This document shows positions 1-9,460 of a stretch of 64,000 bases of DNA, one piece after another (within the stretch, counting starts at the first letter, position 1; each line of letters opens with the position of its first letter). The notes beneath the pieces were generated by a model. The model did no database searches. It was not told where the DNA came from and saw only the letters and a list, made by a program, of their open reading frames with translations. The stretch lies in the NCBI GenBank assembly GCA_963708295.1, contig CAVPSJ010000013.1, forward strand, positions 192,001 to 256,000, given 5' to 3'. The position numbers were made by a program, and so were the translations under genes. This stretch comes from an uncultured delta proteobacterium. GTDB lineage: Bacteria; Desulfobacterota; BSN033; UBA1163.

Positions 1-455
1 ATGGGCTGGATATCGAGATCTTCTTCCGTAAAGGGGACCCGCTGGTTTTCTCCGTAAACCGAGGAAGAAGAGGCAAAGAGGAAGTCCTTGATTCCATGCG
101 CTTTGCAGGATTCCAGAAGGACGACGGTTCCACGGATGTTGACATCCTGGTAAAGAAGGGGGTCGGAGATGGAAGGCCTGACCCCCGCCCTGGCAGCCAG
201 ATGGACGACAAAGTCAATTTGGTTCTTTTGGAAAACTCCCTTCAGGTGATCAGGGTTTCGAATATCTCCCGTGACAAGCTCAAACCGTTTCGGAAACTTC
301 TTTTTCACGCCCTCCACGTTCTTGATCTTTATACTCGGATCATAAAAGCTGTCAAAGTTGTCGAGGCAAATCACTCTGGCTCCGTCACTTAAGAGACGTT
401 CACAAAGATGAGAGCCAATGAATCCTGCTCCGCCCGTCACTAAAATATGATTCAT
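1..455 (-). CDS. NAD-dependent epimerase/dehydratase (UDP-glucuronate 4-epimerase-like), runs off the window start
   Basis: Manual translation from ATG at 455: MNHILVTGGAGFIGSHL...VVHLAARAGVRPSISDP...FASSSSVYG; GxxGxxG Rossmann motif and AGVR motif. Absent from the ORF track because no stop lies in the window. Confidence 0.9.
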   Translation of the reverse strand, partial: MNHILVTGGAGFIGSHLCERLLSDGARVICLDNFDSFYDPSIKIKNVEGVKKKFPKRFELVTGDIRNPDHLKGVFQKNQIDFVVHLAARAGVRPSISDPLLYQDVNIRGTVVLLESCKAHGIKDFLFASSSSVYGENQRVPFTEEDLDIQP

Positions 456-514
456 AATTTTTCCAGCCCAAATTTAATACAAACGCATTAAGTATTATTA
501 CACCAAGAGCATCA

Positions 515-563
515 CCCCTCACCCTACCCCTCTCCCCGCCGGGGAGAGGGGAGGGTGAGGGGT
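515..563. repeat. CCCTCTCCC...GGGAGAGGG palindromic REP-like repeat
   Basis: CCCCTCACCCTACCCCTCTCCCCGCCGGGGAGAGGGGAGGGTGAGGGG hairpin; supplies the last codons and stop of the MFS gene. Related copies at about 3955, 6385, 7296, 8321, 11594, 40868 and 48460. Confidence 0.85.
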
Positions 564-1714
564 AGAGGATATTTTACCAATAAAGTCAGAGCGCCTGCAA
601 TGAGAGGCAGCACAAACACTGCTTTGATTGCCATCGGCACACCCCAGGTATCTGCGATGACTCCGAGGAGCGTTACCCCGATGCCCCCTGCGCTGATGGT
701 AAACCCGACCATCATACCGGAGGCCATTCCAAGATGTTGAGGAAGGAGGGCCTGCCCCATGACGGCCGTGAGGGCGAATGAAGAGATCAACACGAGCCCG
801 GACATTCCCAGAAAGATAAAAGCCGTTAGACCCCTGCTGTAGTAAAAGAGGAGAAGGAGAGGGAAGGACAGGATCAAGGTGGTCAACAGGAATTGTTTAT
901 GACCCCATCGATCGGCTATCGGAGCCCCCAGGAGTGCGCCGAAAACACCTGCCATGAGGAAGGTGGTGACGAGTTTCCCGGCGTAGAGAGGGTTCCCTTT
1001 AAGATAATTGATGTAATAGAAAGGGATGTAGGCTACCAATCCGGCTGAGATCCACGCTCGAATCGTGGCGATGGTGACGAGAAGGGAGAACGAGGTCAAT
1101 TGATTTCTGGAGAGGGGCGCTTTGATCACCTTCCTGGCCTCTCTGTGAGCAGCCTGGGCAGGGGCGTTGAGAGTGGACATGTTGAAGAACAAGATGGCGG
1201 CCATGAAAATTCCCGGCAGGATCAAGCTCAACATTCCCTTTGGGCCGTAGGAAGTCACGAGGGTAAGTGCCATCATCGGACCGATGGCAATCCCAAAGTT
1301 CCCGCCCACTGCAAAGAATGACATGCCCGTTGCCTTTTTCTCACCCGTAAAATAGTGGGCTGTCTTGAATCCTTCCGGATGAAAACTGGCAATCCCGATA
1401 CCGGTGACAATGACACAAACCAGGAGGAGAGGGTAATCGGAAACGAGACCCGTCAGCGCCAATCCGAGACAGGCGACGAGAGGGGCCAGAGGGAGAAGCC
1501 ATCCGAAAGGATGTCTGTCTGAAAGATGCCCAAATACGGGCTGAATAATCGAAGAGGTGAGATTTGCGGTCAGGAGGATAACCCCTGACATCGTATAGGA
1601 AAGGCCAAAAGCCTCTTTGAAGAATGGGAGAAGAGCAGGCAGAGCCCCTTGATTGATATCCGTGACGAGATGGGCAGCGCTGAGAATGGCCAACGCCTTC
1701 TTGTTGAGTGGCAT
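524..1714 (-). CDS. MFS transporter, fosmidomycin-resistance (Fsr)-like
   Basis: About 12 hydrophobic segments; motifs HLVTDINQGALPALLP, SSIIQPVFGHLSDR, FHPEG and GGNFG typical of Fsr-type MFS. Confidence 0.85.
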   Translation of the reverse strand: MPLNKKALAILSAAHLVTDINQGALPALLPFFKEAFGLSYTMSGVILLTANLTSSIIQPVFGHLSDRHPFGWLLPLAPLVACLGLALTGLVSDYPLLLVCVIVTGIGIASFHPEGFKTAHYFTGEKKATGMSFFAVGGNFGIAIGPMMALTLVTSYGPKGMLSLILPGIFMAAILFFNMSTLNAPAQAAHREARKVIKAPLSRNQLTSFSLLVTIATIRAWISAGLVAYIPFYYINYLKGNPLYAGKLVTTFLMAGVFGALLGAPIADRWGHKQFLLTTLILSFPLLLLFYYSRGLTAFIFLGMSGLVLISSFALTAVMGQALLPQHLGMASGMMVGFTISAGGIGVTLLGVIADTWGVPMAIKAVFVLPLIAGALTLLVKYPLPLTLPSPRRGEG

Positions 1715-1819
1715 CTTTTTCCCTTTTATAAAGGATCATTATTGATAATCACCCTCCCTTTGTCAAATCGAATTTATTGCGGGAAACATGAAATAGCTTA
1801 CACTCCGACGCCCAGAAAA

Positions 1820-1900
1820 TGTCATTGCGAGCCCGGGGGGCGCGGCAATCTCATTGTTCTGGTTGAGATTGCTTCGTCGCTGGAGGCTCCTCGCAATGAC
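1820..1900. repeat. TGTCATTGCGAG-type inverted repeat pair (empty form of the GIY-YIG element)
   Basis: TGTCATTGCGAG..GCAATCTC-12 nt-GAGATTGC..CTCGCAATGAC; same arms as those flanking the GIY-YIG gene. Confidence 0.85.
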
Positions 1901-2018
1901 CCACAGGGGGCCAATGCAAACAATAATAAGCTCCAGGTGGTAAGTGGCAAAGAGGAACAAACCCCGCTTGATTAGACATTTGATTTTTTTTTGATTATGA
2001 TAAGTGGCGGAGGAGAAT

Positions 2019-2792
2019 ATGAAAATCGCCATTTCAGGAAAGGGTGGAGTAGGGAAGACGACCCTCGCAGGAGTCCTGGCGAGAATCCTGGCACATCGGG
2101 GCCGAAAGGTCCTTGCCATTGATGCTGACCCCGATTCGAACCTGGCTTCAGCTATCGGCCTTCCGAAAGAAATTCTTGCCAAACTGTCACCCATTGCTTC
2201 AATGACTTCCATGATTGAGGAAAGGACCGGTGCGAAAAAGGGAAGCTACGGGACGATGTTCAAACTCAATCCCAAAGTAGACGACCTTCCGGATGATATG
2301 GGAGTGAATTATCAAGGGGTCAAGCTCCTTCTCCTGGGCTGTATTCCCCAGGGAGGAGGAGGCTGCTTCTGTCCGGAAAACGTGCTTTTGAAGAATCTGG
2401 TTCGTCATCTTCTCGTTCAGAGGGAGGAAGTCCTGATCATCGATATGGAGGCAGGTCTGGAACACCTCGGAAGAGGGAGCACGGGATATGTGGATGCTCT
2501 CGTCATTGTTGTGGAACCGGGGCAGAGGGCCATCAATACGGCCAAGCAGATCAAGAAGCTGGGAGAGGATCTCCATATCAAGAGAATCATGATCGTGGGA
2601 AACAAAGTGACTTCGGAAGAAGATAGGAGGATTATTGAGGAAAACCTTTCCGATTTTCCGGTGCTGGGCCACATGAGTTTTAATCCCAAGGTTCTTCAGG
2701 CGGACAGAGAAGGGAAATCTCCCTTCGACATCGATGAAAAAATTAAGGAAGAAGTGGGTGCCATCCTGACGGAGTTGGAAAAAAGGATTTAA
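2019..2792 (+). CDS. cooC: CooC/AcsF-type nickel-insertion ATPase (CODH/ACS maturation factor)
   Basis: MKIAISGKGGVGKTT deviant Walker A, DADPDSNL, GGGGCFCPEN CxC metal motif, DMEAGLEHLGRG; AGGAG RBS before ATG 2019. Confidence 0.88.
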   Translation: MKIAISGKGGVGKTTLAGVLARILAHRGRKVLAIDADPDSNLASAIGLPKEILAKLSPIASMTSMIEERTGAKKGSYGTMFKLNPKVDDLPDDMGVNYQGVKLLLLGCIPQGGGGCFCPENVLLKNLVRHLLVQREEVLIIDMEAGLEHLGRGSTGYVDALVIVVEPGQRAINTAKQIKKLGEDLHIKRIMIVGNKVTSEEDRRIIEENLSDFPVLGHMSFNPKVLQADREGKSPFDIDEKIKEEVGAILTELEKRI

Positions 2793-2808
2793 TCAATGAG
2801 AGCGAAGA

Positions 2809-3183
2809 TGTCATTGCGAGCATAGCGAAGCAATCTCAATTTAATTACGTTGATCTACACGTGGAGGAGAAACAATACTGTGTCTACATAATGACGAACA
2901 AAAACAATACCGTGCTATATACAGGCGTTACCAACGATTTAAGAAGAAGAGTGGCTGAGCACAAGACAAAAATGATTAAAGGTTTTACAAAAAAATACAA
3001 TATTGACAAACTTGTGTATTATGAAGTTTCGCAAAACGTTGAAAGTGCAATCTTGAGAGAAAAACAAATTAAGGGTGGTTCCAGGTCTAGGAAGATTAGA
3101 CTAATTAATAATATGAATCCGACGTGGGATGATCTGTATGATGGCTTATATTGAGATTGCTTCGCCTTCGGCTCGCAATGACA
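2809..3183. mobile_element. GIY-YIG gene cassette bracketed by ~32-bp terminal inverted repeats
   Basis: Left TGTCATTGCGAGCATAGCGAAGCAATCTCAAT (2809-2840); right ATTGAGATTGCTTCGCCTTCGGCTCGCAATGACA (3150-3183); AT-rich interior. Mobility is inferred. Confidence 0.7.
2861..3154 (+). CDS. GIY-YIG nuclease family protein
   Basis: YCVYIMTN...LYTGVTNDLRRRVAEHK...FTKKYNIDKLVYYE...AILREKQIK..WDDL, a stand-alone GIY-YIG signature. Confidence 0.9.
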   Translation: MEEKQYCVYIMTNKNNTVLYTGVTNDLRRRVAEHKTKMIKGFTKKYNIDKLVYYEVSQNVESAILREKQIKGGSRSRKIRLINNMNPTWDDLYDGLY

Positions 3184-3203
3184 ACTAGAGCATAAGTACT
3201 CAT

Positions 3204-3920
3204 ATGATTCGTACAATCTTTGTTTGGTCTTGTATTGTCGTCGCCACATTGGTCCTCGGGATGTTTACTTTTGTCAGCTATCTCTTTGACCGAAAGGGAA
3301 GAGTGGGTCATTATTTTGCAAGACTCTGGGGAAAAGCGGCTCTCCTGGCCAACCGGGTGAAGGTCAGGGTAGAAGGGACGGAGCACCTGGATGGAAAAGG
3401 TCCCTATATCTTCATGTCCAACCACCAGGGCTATTATGACATCTTTACTTTGTTGAGCCATCTTCCTTATCAGTTTAAATGGTTAGCCAAAAAAGAACTC
3501 TTTTCCGTTCCTTTCTTAGGCTGGACGATGGCCGCCGTAGGCTATATCAGTATTGACCGGGGAGGAACTCGGGACACGGTGGAGGCCATGAACGAGGCGG
3601 CTCAGAAGATTCGAGACGGGATGTCCGTGGTCATCTTTCCCGAAGGTTCAAGAAGTCCGGATGGTTCGATCCAGCCTTTCAAAAAAGGGGGATTCACCCT
3701 GGCGATTAAGTCGAAGGTCCCGATCGTTCCCATTGCGATCAGCGGAAGCCGGGACATTATACCAAAGGATAGATTGACCGTCACTGCCGGAGAGATTCGA
3801 ATGTTCGTGGGTCCCCCCATCGAGATCCAGCATTATTCCCTGAAGGACAGGGAGTCCTTGATGAGGAAAGTGAGAGAAACGATTTCCGAGAATTTTAGGC
3901 TGATCTCTCAAAAAGAGTAG
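3204..3920 (+). CDS. plsC: 1-acyl-sn-glycerol-3-phosphate acyltransferase
   Basis: NHQGYYD (HxxxxD), FPEGSRS, FKKGGF, VPIVP motifs. Confidence 0.9.
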   Translation: MIRTIFVWSCIVVATLVLGMFTFVSYLFDRKGRVGHYFARLWGKAALLANRVKVRVEGTEHLDGKGPYIFMSNHQGYYDIFTLLSHLPYQFKWLAKKELFSVPFLGWTMAAVGYISIDRGGTRDTVEAMNEAAQKIRDGMSVVIFPEGSRSPDGSIQPFKKGGFTLAIKSKVPIVPIAISGSRDIIPKDRLTVTAGEIRMFVGPPIEIQHYSLKDRESLMRKVRETISENFRLISQKE

Positions 3921-3954
3921 GTACTTCATCGTACCTCCCCTCATGGAGAGGGGC

Positions 3955-4031
3955 CACCCTCACCCAACTCTCTTCCCTGCCTTCGTCCCGCAAGGCGGAC
4001 TTCGCCCAGGCAGGCGTCAAGGGAGAGGGAG
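3955..4031. repeat. CCCTCTCCC-type palindrome with a nested CCTGCC...GGCAGG palindrome
   Basis: CCCTCACCCAACTCTCTTCC[CTGCCTTCGTCCCGCAAGGCGGACTTCGCCCAGGCAGG]CGTCAAGGGAGAGGG. Confidence 0.65.
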
Positions 4032-4053
4032 ATTTTTAGAACGAGGAAAAACA

Positions 4054-6288
4054 GTGGTAGAGGATACTGTCAAAGAAAAGCTGAAATATGAGATTGTAGG
4101 AATCCTGCTGATTGCCGTAGGGGTCTTTCTCTTCCTGAGTTTGATTTCTTACCATCCCATGGATCCCTCTTTCTTCTCCTATTCCTCCTCAAAGGTCAAG
4201 GGGATTCATAACTGGATGGGGGTCGTTGGAGCCTATCTCTCCGGCCTCCTCTTTCAAAGCTTCGGTTTTCCTTCTTTTTTGATTTCTTTCGTTCTGGTTT
4301 TCTTCGCCATCAGTTTTATTTTCAGGTGGGAGTGGAAATACTTGTCTTTAAAAGTCGCGGGTTGGGCGGTGATGCTCATCAGCACGTCTTCCTTCTTTGG
4401 TTTATGGTTGAGCCCCATCCGCATCTATAGTCAGGACGTCTTAATGGGAGGGTTCGTCGGAGAGATTTTTTCAAGAAACTTTGTTCGATACTTCAATCGT
4501 CCGGGAGCGACCGTCCTTTTGTTGATGATTTTGATCCTTTCATTTGTTCTGGGGACAGGGATCTCCTTCATCTCTCTCCTGAAGCATTCAGGGGAGATGT
4601 TTCAACGACTGATTGAAAAGTTGGTGACGTTCAAAATGGTGAGAAGGGAAGGGGCGGAGAGAGAAAAGAAATTGGTGAAGCAGAAGCAAGAGAAAAAAGA
4701 AACGAGGGAGACTCCCCCCACCGTCGTCGTAGAGAAACCCTCTCTTCCTTCGAAAAGAGAGGAGGAGATGAAACAGGAGGCGTTTGAATTCTTACAGTCC
4801 TCGAAAACCTTTCAGCTCCCTCCCATTTCTTTGCTCGAAGCCGAGACAGAGAAAAGGCAGAAGATTGACCGGGAGAGTCTGATCATGAATTCCCGTATCC
4901 TGGAGAAGAAACTCCTGGATTACGGGGTGGAAGGAAAGGTAGTCGAGGTGAGGCCCGGGCCCGTGATTACGGTGTATGAATTCGAGCCGGCCCCCGGCGT
5001 GAAGGTCAGCCGGATTGTCAACCTGGCGGATGACCTGGCTCTGGCGTTGAGTGCCCTGTCGATTCGTATCGTCGCTCCCATTCCTGGCAAGGCGGTCGTG
5101 GGCATTGAAGTTCCAAACAAAAACAGGGAAACCGTCTTCCTCAAAGAAATCATCGATTCCGATCCGTTCCGAGCTTTTAAATCGAAACTCTCTTTTGGGC
5201 TGGGAAAGGATATTTCAGGAGAGTCTTTTGTCGTCGATCTTGCCAGAATGCCCCATCTCCTGGTCGCCGGATCGACAGGCTCCGGGAAGAGTGTTTCCAT
5301 CAATGCCATGATCTGCAGTATCCTCTTCAAGGCCACCCCCGACGAGGTTCGTTTCCTCATGATCGACCCTAAGATGCTGGAGCTCTCCGATTATGAAGGG
5401 ATCCCACATTTGCTTCTGCCCGTGGTAACCCATCCGAAAAAAGCGGCTGCCGCCCTCCGGTGGCTGGTGGTAGAGATGGAACGGCGATACACGGTTTTAG
5501 CCGAAAAAGGAGTAAGAAATATCGATCATTATCATCAACGGATGGGGAAGGAACTGAAAGAGAGAGGGAAGGTTTATAGGCGAAAAGGGGATGCTTTAGA
5601 GGGAAACGAGGAGAAGGTCGCTGAGCCGATGGAAAGGCTTGCTTATATCGTGGTGGTGATCGATGAATTGGCAGACCTGATGATGACCTCTTCGAAGGAC
5701 GTGGAGGAATCGATCACGCGGATCGCGCAGATGGCACGGGCGGTGGGCATTCATCTTTTGCTTGCCACGCAGCGGCCTTCTGTGGATGTGCTCACCGGAA
5801 TTATCAAGGCAAACTTTCCCGCACGGATTTCGTTTCAGGTGACCTCGAAGGTGGACTCTCGAACGATTCTCGACACCATCGGAGCGGAACACCTTCTGGG
5901 AGCCGGGGATATGCTCTTCCTTCCGCCCGGCAGCTCGAAGCTGACGCGTCTTCACGGGGCTTATGTCTCAAGCCCGGAGATCAAACGGGTTGTTGAATTC
6001 TGGAAACAACAAGGGAAGCCTTCTTATTTGGATCCCTCGGTTCTTGCCGAGGTGAAAAAGGAAAAGGAGGCCGCAGGAGAAGAGGAGGCGGAATACGACG
6101 AGAAGTATGATGAGGCAGTGGCCTTTGTCGCTGAGATCGGACAGGCCTCCATCTCGCTTATTCAAAGGAGATTTCGAATCGGTTATAATCGAGCGGCCCG
6201 CATCGTCGAGAAGATGGAGCAGGAAGGAGTAGTCGGACCTTCCGACGGGGTCAAGGCCAGAGAGGTGCTGGTCAAAAAAATTGAATAA
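4054..6288 (+). CDS. ftsK: DNA translocase FtsK/SpoIIIE
   Basis: N-terminal TM region, PHLLVAGSTGSGKS Walker A, VIDELADLM, LATQRPS, gamma domain IGYNRAARIVE. Start moved to GTG 4054 (GAGGA upstream) because the ORF-track N-terminus is translated repeat. Confidence 0.95.
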   Translation: MVEDTVKEKLKYEIVGILLIAVGVFLFLSLISYHPMDPSFFSYSSSKVKGIHNWMGVVGAYLSGLLFQSFGFPSFLISFVLVFFAISFIFRWEWKYLSLKVAGWAVMLISTSSFFGLWLSPIRIYSQDVLMGGFVGEIFSRNFVRYFNRPGATVLLLMILILSFVLGTGISFISLLKHSGEMFQRLIEKLVTFKMVRREGAEREKKLVKQKQEKKETRETPPTVVVEKPSLPSKREEEMKQEAFEFLQSSKTFQLPPISLLEAETEKRQKIDRESLIMNSRILEKKLLDYGVEGKVVEVRPGPVITVYEFEPAPGVKVSRIVNLADDLALALSALSIRIVAPIPGKAVVGIEVPNKNRETVFLKEIIDSDPFRAFKSKLSFGLGKDISGESFVVDLARMPHLLVAGSTGSGKSVSINAMICSILFKATPDEVRFLMIDPKMLELSDYEGIPHLLLPVVTHPKKAAAALRWLVVEMERRYTVLAEKGVRNIDHYHQRMGKELKERGKVYRRKGDALEGNEEKVAEPMERLAYIVVVIDELADLMMTSSKDVEESITRIAQMARAVGIHLLLATQRPSVDVLTGIIKANFPARISFQVTSKVDSRTILDTIGAEHLLGAGDMLFLPPGSSKLTRLHGAYVSSPEIKRVVEFWKQQGKPSYLDPSVLAEVKKEKEAAGEEEAEYDEKYDEAVAFVAEIGQASISLIQRRFRIGYNRAARIVEKMEQEGVVGPSDGVKAREVLVKKIE

Positions 6289-6382
6289 GACAATGGGGGG
6301 ATCAAAGGATCTCCGGATCCGTAAAATTCCAAAGTTTACCAGTTACCAAGGAATCCATAATAAAGAAGACATAGGGTTCAGA

Positions 6383-6516
6383 AAATCTCCCCTCGCCCCT
6401 CTCCTTCGACAAGCTCAGGAGGTGAGCCTCGTCGAACCATTTGCGAAATCCCGCGAAAGGCGGGACCTTTTGTAAAGCCTGCCTGCCGGTAGGCAGGGGA
6501 GGGAAGGAGGGGTTTG
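6383..6516. repeat. Cluster of nested palindromic repeats
   Basis: Outer AAATCTCCCCTCGCCCCTCT...GGGGAGGGAAGGAGGGGTTT encloses CTTCGACAAGCTCAG..TGAGCCTCGTCGAAC, TCCCGCGAAAGGCGGGA and CCTGCCTGCCGGTAGGCAGG. Confidence 0.7.
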
Positions 6517-6562
6517 TTCCTGGGTGTCTGTATAATTATGGACTGATTAATGAAATAAGAGG

Positions 6563-7279
6563 TTGACGACAATGGGAAAAATATTCTTGGTGAGCTTTTC
6601 TGTGTTAATGCTGTATCCTCTGGTTCTCCATCCGGTGGCTTTTTGCACAACTGGCCAGGAGGTATTGAACGAGATCCAAAACCGGTATGAAAAAACGAAC
6701 GACTTCGAAGCCAGCTTCATTCAGGAGTATATCGGCAAGGGGATGAGACAGTCGAGCCGGGGTGAAGGAAAGGTCTATTTCAAGAAGAAGGGGATGATGC
6801 GGTGGGACTATACGGTTCCGAATCAGAAGCTCATATCGGATGGCCACACCCTTTGGTACTATCAGCCCGACGAAAAGCAAGTTCTTGTCTCCGATGTCTC
6901 AAGCCTCCTCAAAGAGAAGACCCCCCTGGCCTTCTTAGCCGGGGAGGGAAATCTCAGCCGGGACTTTAACTTCCTCAACCTGAATGAATCCGTCTCTGAA
7001 AAAGAGGATAACTACGTCATCGAGTTGACCCCGAAAGAGCCCATGGGGACTCTGTCAAAGTTGGTTCTGACGGCCGATAAGAAGACCTACACCGTCCTTC
7101 AGACCGATGTCTTTGACGGATTGGGAAATTTAACACGAACCCGTTTCATCAACATCAAGACGAACGTGGGCGTCTCTCCATCCTTGTTTCAATTTGTCGC
7201 TCCGCCCGGGGCAGAAGTTATCAAGATGCAGGGACCCTCAACCCCTGCATCCGGCGGAAAAGGGCCGGGTAAAAAATAG
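6563..7279 (+). CDS. lolA: Outer-membrane lipoprotein carrier protein LolA
   Basis: Signal peptide; FEASFIQE, GKVYFKKKGMMRWDY, QKLISDGHTLWYYQP, FQFVAPPGAEVI; directly after ftsK. Confidence 0.9.
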   Translation: MTTMGKIFLVSFSVLMLYPLVLHPVAFCTTGQEVLNEIQNRYEKTNDFEASFIQEYIGKGMRQSSRGEGKVYFKKKGMMRWDYTVPNQKLISDGHTLWYYQPDEKQVLVSDVSSLLKEKTPLAFLAGEGNLSRDFNFLNLNESVSEKEDNYVIELTPKEPMGTLSKLVLTADKKTYTVLQTDVFDGLGNLTRTRFINIKTNVGVSPSLFQFVAPPGAEVIKMQGPSTPASGGKGPGKK

Positions 7280-7295
7280 TTTGGGTCAGAAATTT

Positions 7296-7344
7296 CCTCT
7301 CACCTTCCCCTCTCCCCAGCGGGGAGAGGGAGGGGGTGAGGGGG
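7296..7344. repeat. CCCTCTCCC-type palindromic repeat
   Basis: CCTCTCACCTTCCCCTCTCCCCAGCGGGGAGAGGGAGGGGGTGAGGGG. Confidence 0.85.
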
Positions 7345-7359
7345 ATTTGAATTGTTTCT

Positions 7360-8205
7360 ATGCCTCTCTTCAAGACAAACGCCATCGTTATTCGATCCAC
7401 AAACTACGGTGAGTCCGACAAGATCGTCACCTTCTTCACGAGGGATTTCGGAAAGCTGAAGGGAATTGCCAAAGGGGCGAGGAGGAGCAGGAAACGGTTT
7501 CAGAATGCCCTGGGCCTTTTTTCCCATCTTCGCCTCCGCTTCTTCGATAAGGAAGGCATGGGGTTGGTGAGGGCGGAGGGTTGTGATATCCTCCACTCTT
7601 TTCCAAAAATCAGGGAGAACCTCAAGAAAATTCTTTATGGAAACTATTATCTTGAATTAGCAAACGAGATGGCCGGTGAGCGGGAAGGGAATCGAGAAGT
7701 CTTCGAGCTTCTTTTGTCCTTTTTGTTGGATCTTGAAGAGACGGAACCGCAGGAGGAACATTTGAGACTTTTTGAGATCCGGATGCTCTCTCTCTTCGGC
7801 TACCGGCCCAATATGGCAAGATGTAACTTATGTAAGAAAGATTGGGAGGATTTGAAAGAGATCCCGGGAGTTTATTTCTCCCTTGAGAAAGGGGCTCTGG
7901 TTTGCGAAGCGTGCTCGAAGGCATGGAATCATCTCATCCCTTTTTCCTTAGGAACGGCCAGATTGATAGAAAAGATCTCCCAGATGGAATTGAATAAGAT
8001 TGAACGGTTGAAATTCACCCAGCAGTCCTTATCCGAGAGTCGGGAGATTCTCCCCAGGTTTATCAGTTATCAATTAGGAAAAGAATTGAAATCGCTGAGA
8101 ACCCTAGGGGATATAGAAGGGCGATCTAAATTCGAAGCACGAAATCCGAAATTCGAAACAAGCACGAATTCTCAAAATACAAATGACCCAAACAAATATG
8201 AATAG
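7360..8205 (+). CDS. recO: DNA repair protein RecO
   Basis: AIVIRSTNYGESDKIVTFFTRDFGKLKGIAKGARRSRKRF; CxxC...CxxC zinc site. The last ~25 aa are translated 7-mer repeat. Confidence 0.95.
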   Translation: MPLFKTNAIVIRSTNYGESDKIVTFFTRDFGKLKGIAKGARRSRKRFQNALGLFSHLRLRFFDKEGMGLVRAEGCDILHSFPKIRENLKKILYGNYYLELANEMAGEREGNREVFELLLSFLLDLEETEPQEEHLRLFEIRMLSLFGYRPNMARCNLCKKDWEDLKEIPGVYFSLEKGALVCEACSKAWNHLIPFSLGTARLIEKISQMELNKIERLKFTQQSLSESREILPRFISYQLGKELKSLRTLGDIEGRSKFEARNPKFETSTNSQNTNDPNKYE

Positions 8206-8268
8206 TTTGGAATTTCGAAATTTGATATTTGGATTAGTTTCGGGCTTCGATGTTCGAATTTCGAGTTT
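8128..8268. repeat. 7-nt-period degenerate inverted-repeat element
   Basis: Left arm AAATTCGAAGCACGAAATCCGAAATTCGAAAC, right arm GTTTCGGGCTTCGATGTTCGAATTTCGAGTTT; spans the recO stop. Confidence 0.8.
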
Positions 8269-8320
8269 GCGGTTTACTCTGGGTTGACATCCGAGATGCA
8301 AAAGTGCTACACCCTACTCC

Positions 8321-8366
8321 GTCTCCCCCTCCCTCTCCCCGCCGGGGAGAGGGGAAGGGTGAGGGG
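8321..8366. repeat. CCCTCTCCC-type palindromic repeat
   Basis: CCCTCCCTCTCCCCGCCGGGGAGAGGGGAAGGGTGAGGGG. Confidence 0.8.
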
Positions 8367-8381
8367 CCGATAACGGGGGGC

Positions 8382-9275
8382 ATGATGAATTATCAGGAAT
8401 TGATTTTTGCGTTAGAGCGATTCTGGGCGAATCAGGGGTGTGTGATTCAGCAGCCCTATGATACCGAAGTGGGAGCCGGAACTTTTCATCCGGCGACCTT
8501 TCTCAGGTCTCTCGGTCCTGAGCCGTGGAGAGTGGCCTATGTTGAACCTTCCCGCCGCCCCACCGACGGCCGATACGGCGAGAACCCGAACCGGCTCCAA
8601 CATTATTATCAATACCAGGTGATCATGAAGCCGTCTCCCCTTGATATTCAAGACATCTATCTCAATAGCTTAAAGGCCTTCGGAATCGATCCCCTTGACC
8701 ATGACATCCGGTTCGTTGAAGATGACTGGGAATCCCCGACGCTGGGCGCGTGGGGGCTGGGGTGGGAGGTCTGGCTGGATGGTATGGAGATCACCCAGTT
8801 CACGTATTTTCAACAGACAGGCGGCATCGAACTGAGCCCCATCCCGGTGGAGATCACCTACGGGACTGAAAGAATCGCGATGTATCTTCAGGCGGTGGAT
8901 AATGTTTATGACCTGGAGTGGGTAAAGGGAGTAACATACGGGGATGTCCACCACCAGGGGGAAGTCGAATTCTCGCGATATAATTTCGAAGAGGCCGATG
9001 TAGAGATGCTCTTCCGGCTCTTTGAGATGTTTGAAAAAGAATCGAAGAGGATGGCTGAAAAAGGGTTGGTCCTTCCGGCATACGATTACTGCTTGAAGAC
9101 ATCCCATGTTTTCAACCTTCTCGATGCCCGGGGTGCGATCAGCGTGACCGAACGGGTGGGGTACATCCTGCGGGTGAGGACGTTGGCGAGACTCTGCGCG
9201 GAAGGGTATCTCAAGCAGAGAGAAGAGATGGGGTTTCCGCTGATGAGACAGAAGGCGGAAAGCAGTAGGCAGTAA
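8382..9275 (+). CDS. glyQ: Glycine-tRNA ligase alpha subunit
   Basis: [61 protein letters not shown]. Start moved to ATG 8382. Confidence 0.97.
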   Translation: MMNYQELIFALERFWANQGCVIQQPYDTEVGAGTFHPATFLRSLGPEPWRVAYVEPSRRPTDGRYGENPNRLQHYYQYQVIMKPSPLDIQDIYLNSLKAFGIDPLDHDIRFVEDDWESPTLGAWGLGWEVWLDGMEITQFTYFQQTGGIELSPIPVEITYGTERIAMYLQAVDNVYDLEWVKGVTYGDVHHQGEVEFSRYNFEEADVEMLFRLFEMFEKESKRMAEKGLVLPAYDYCLKTSHVFNLLDARGAISVTERVGYILRVRTLARLCAEGYLKQREEMGFPLMRQKAESSRQ

Positions 9276-9460
9276 GCAGTAGCGAGTGGAGTGCGTCAAA
9301 AGTCTTTTTAGTTTGATTGTCATTCCGGGCTTGACCCGGAATCCAGGGTTTCTGGACTGGATTCCTGCTTTCGCGGGAATGACATCTTTAGAGGTAGCCT
9401 GAACTGATAACTGCCGATTGACTGCTAATGACTATTGACCAATGACTAAGGACTAAATGA
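9249..9460. repeat. 7-nt-period inverted-repeat arms enclosing a GTCATTCC-type palindrome pair
   Basis: Left AGCAGTAGGCAGTAAGCAG, right CTGATAACTGCCGATTGACTGCT; inside (9318-9384) TGTCATTCCGGGCTTGACCCGGAATCCAG...CTGGATTCCTGCTTTCGCGGGAATGACA. Confidence 0.75.

Noticed and set aside
3943-4053. N-terminal extensions of FtsK, and likewise GlyQ (8250), the aminotransferase (47012) and LptB (59982)
   Set aside because: They are translations of intergenic repeats or structured DNA; better starts with RBS-like sequences lie downstream.
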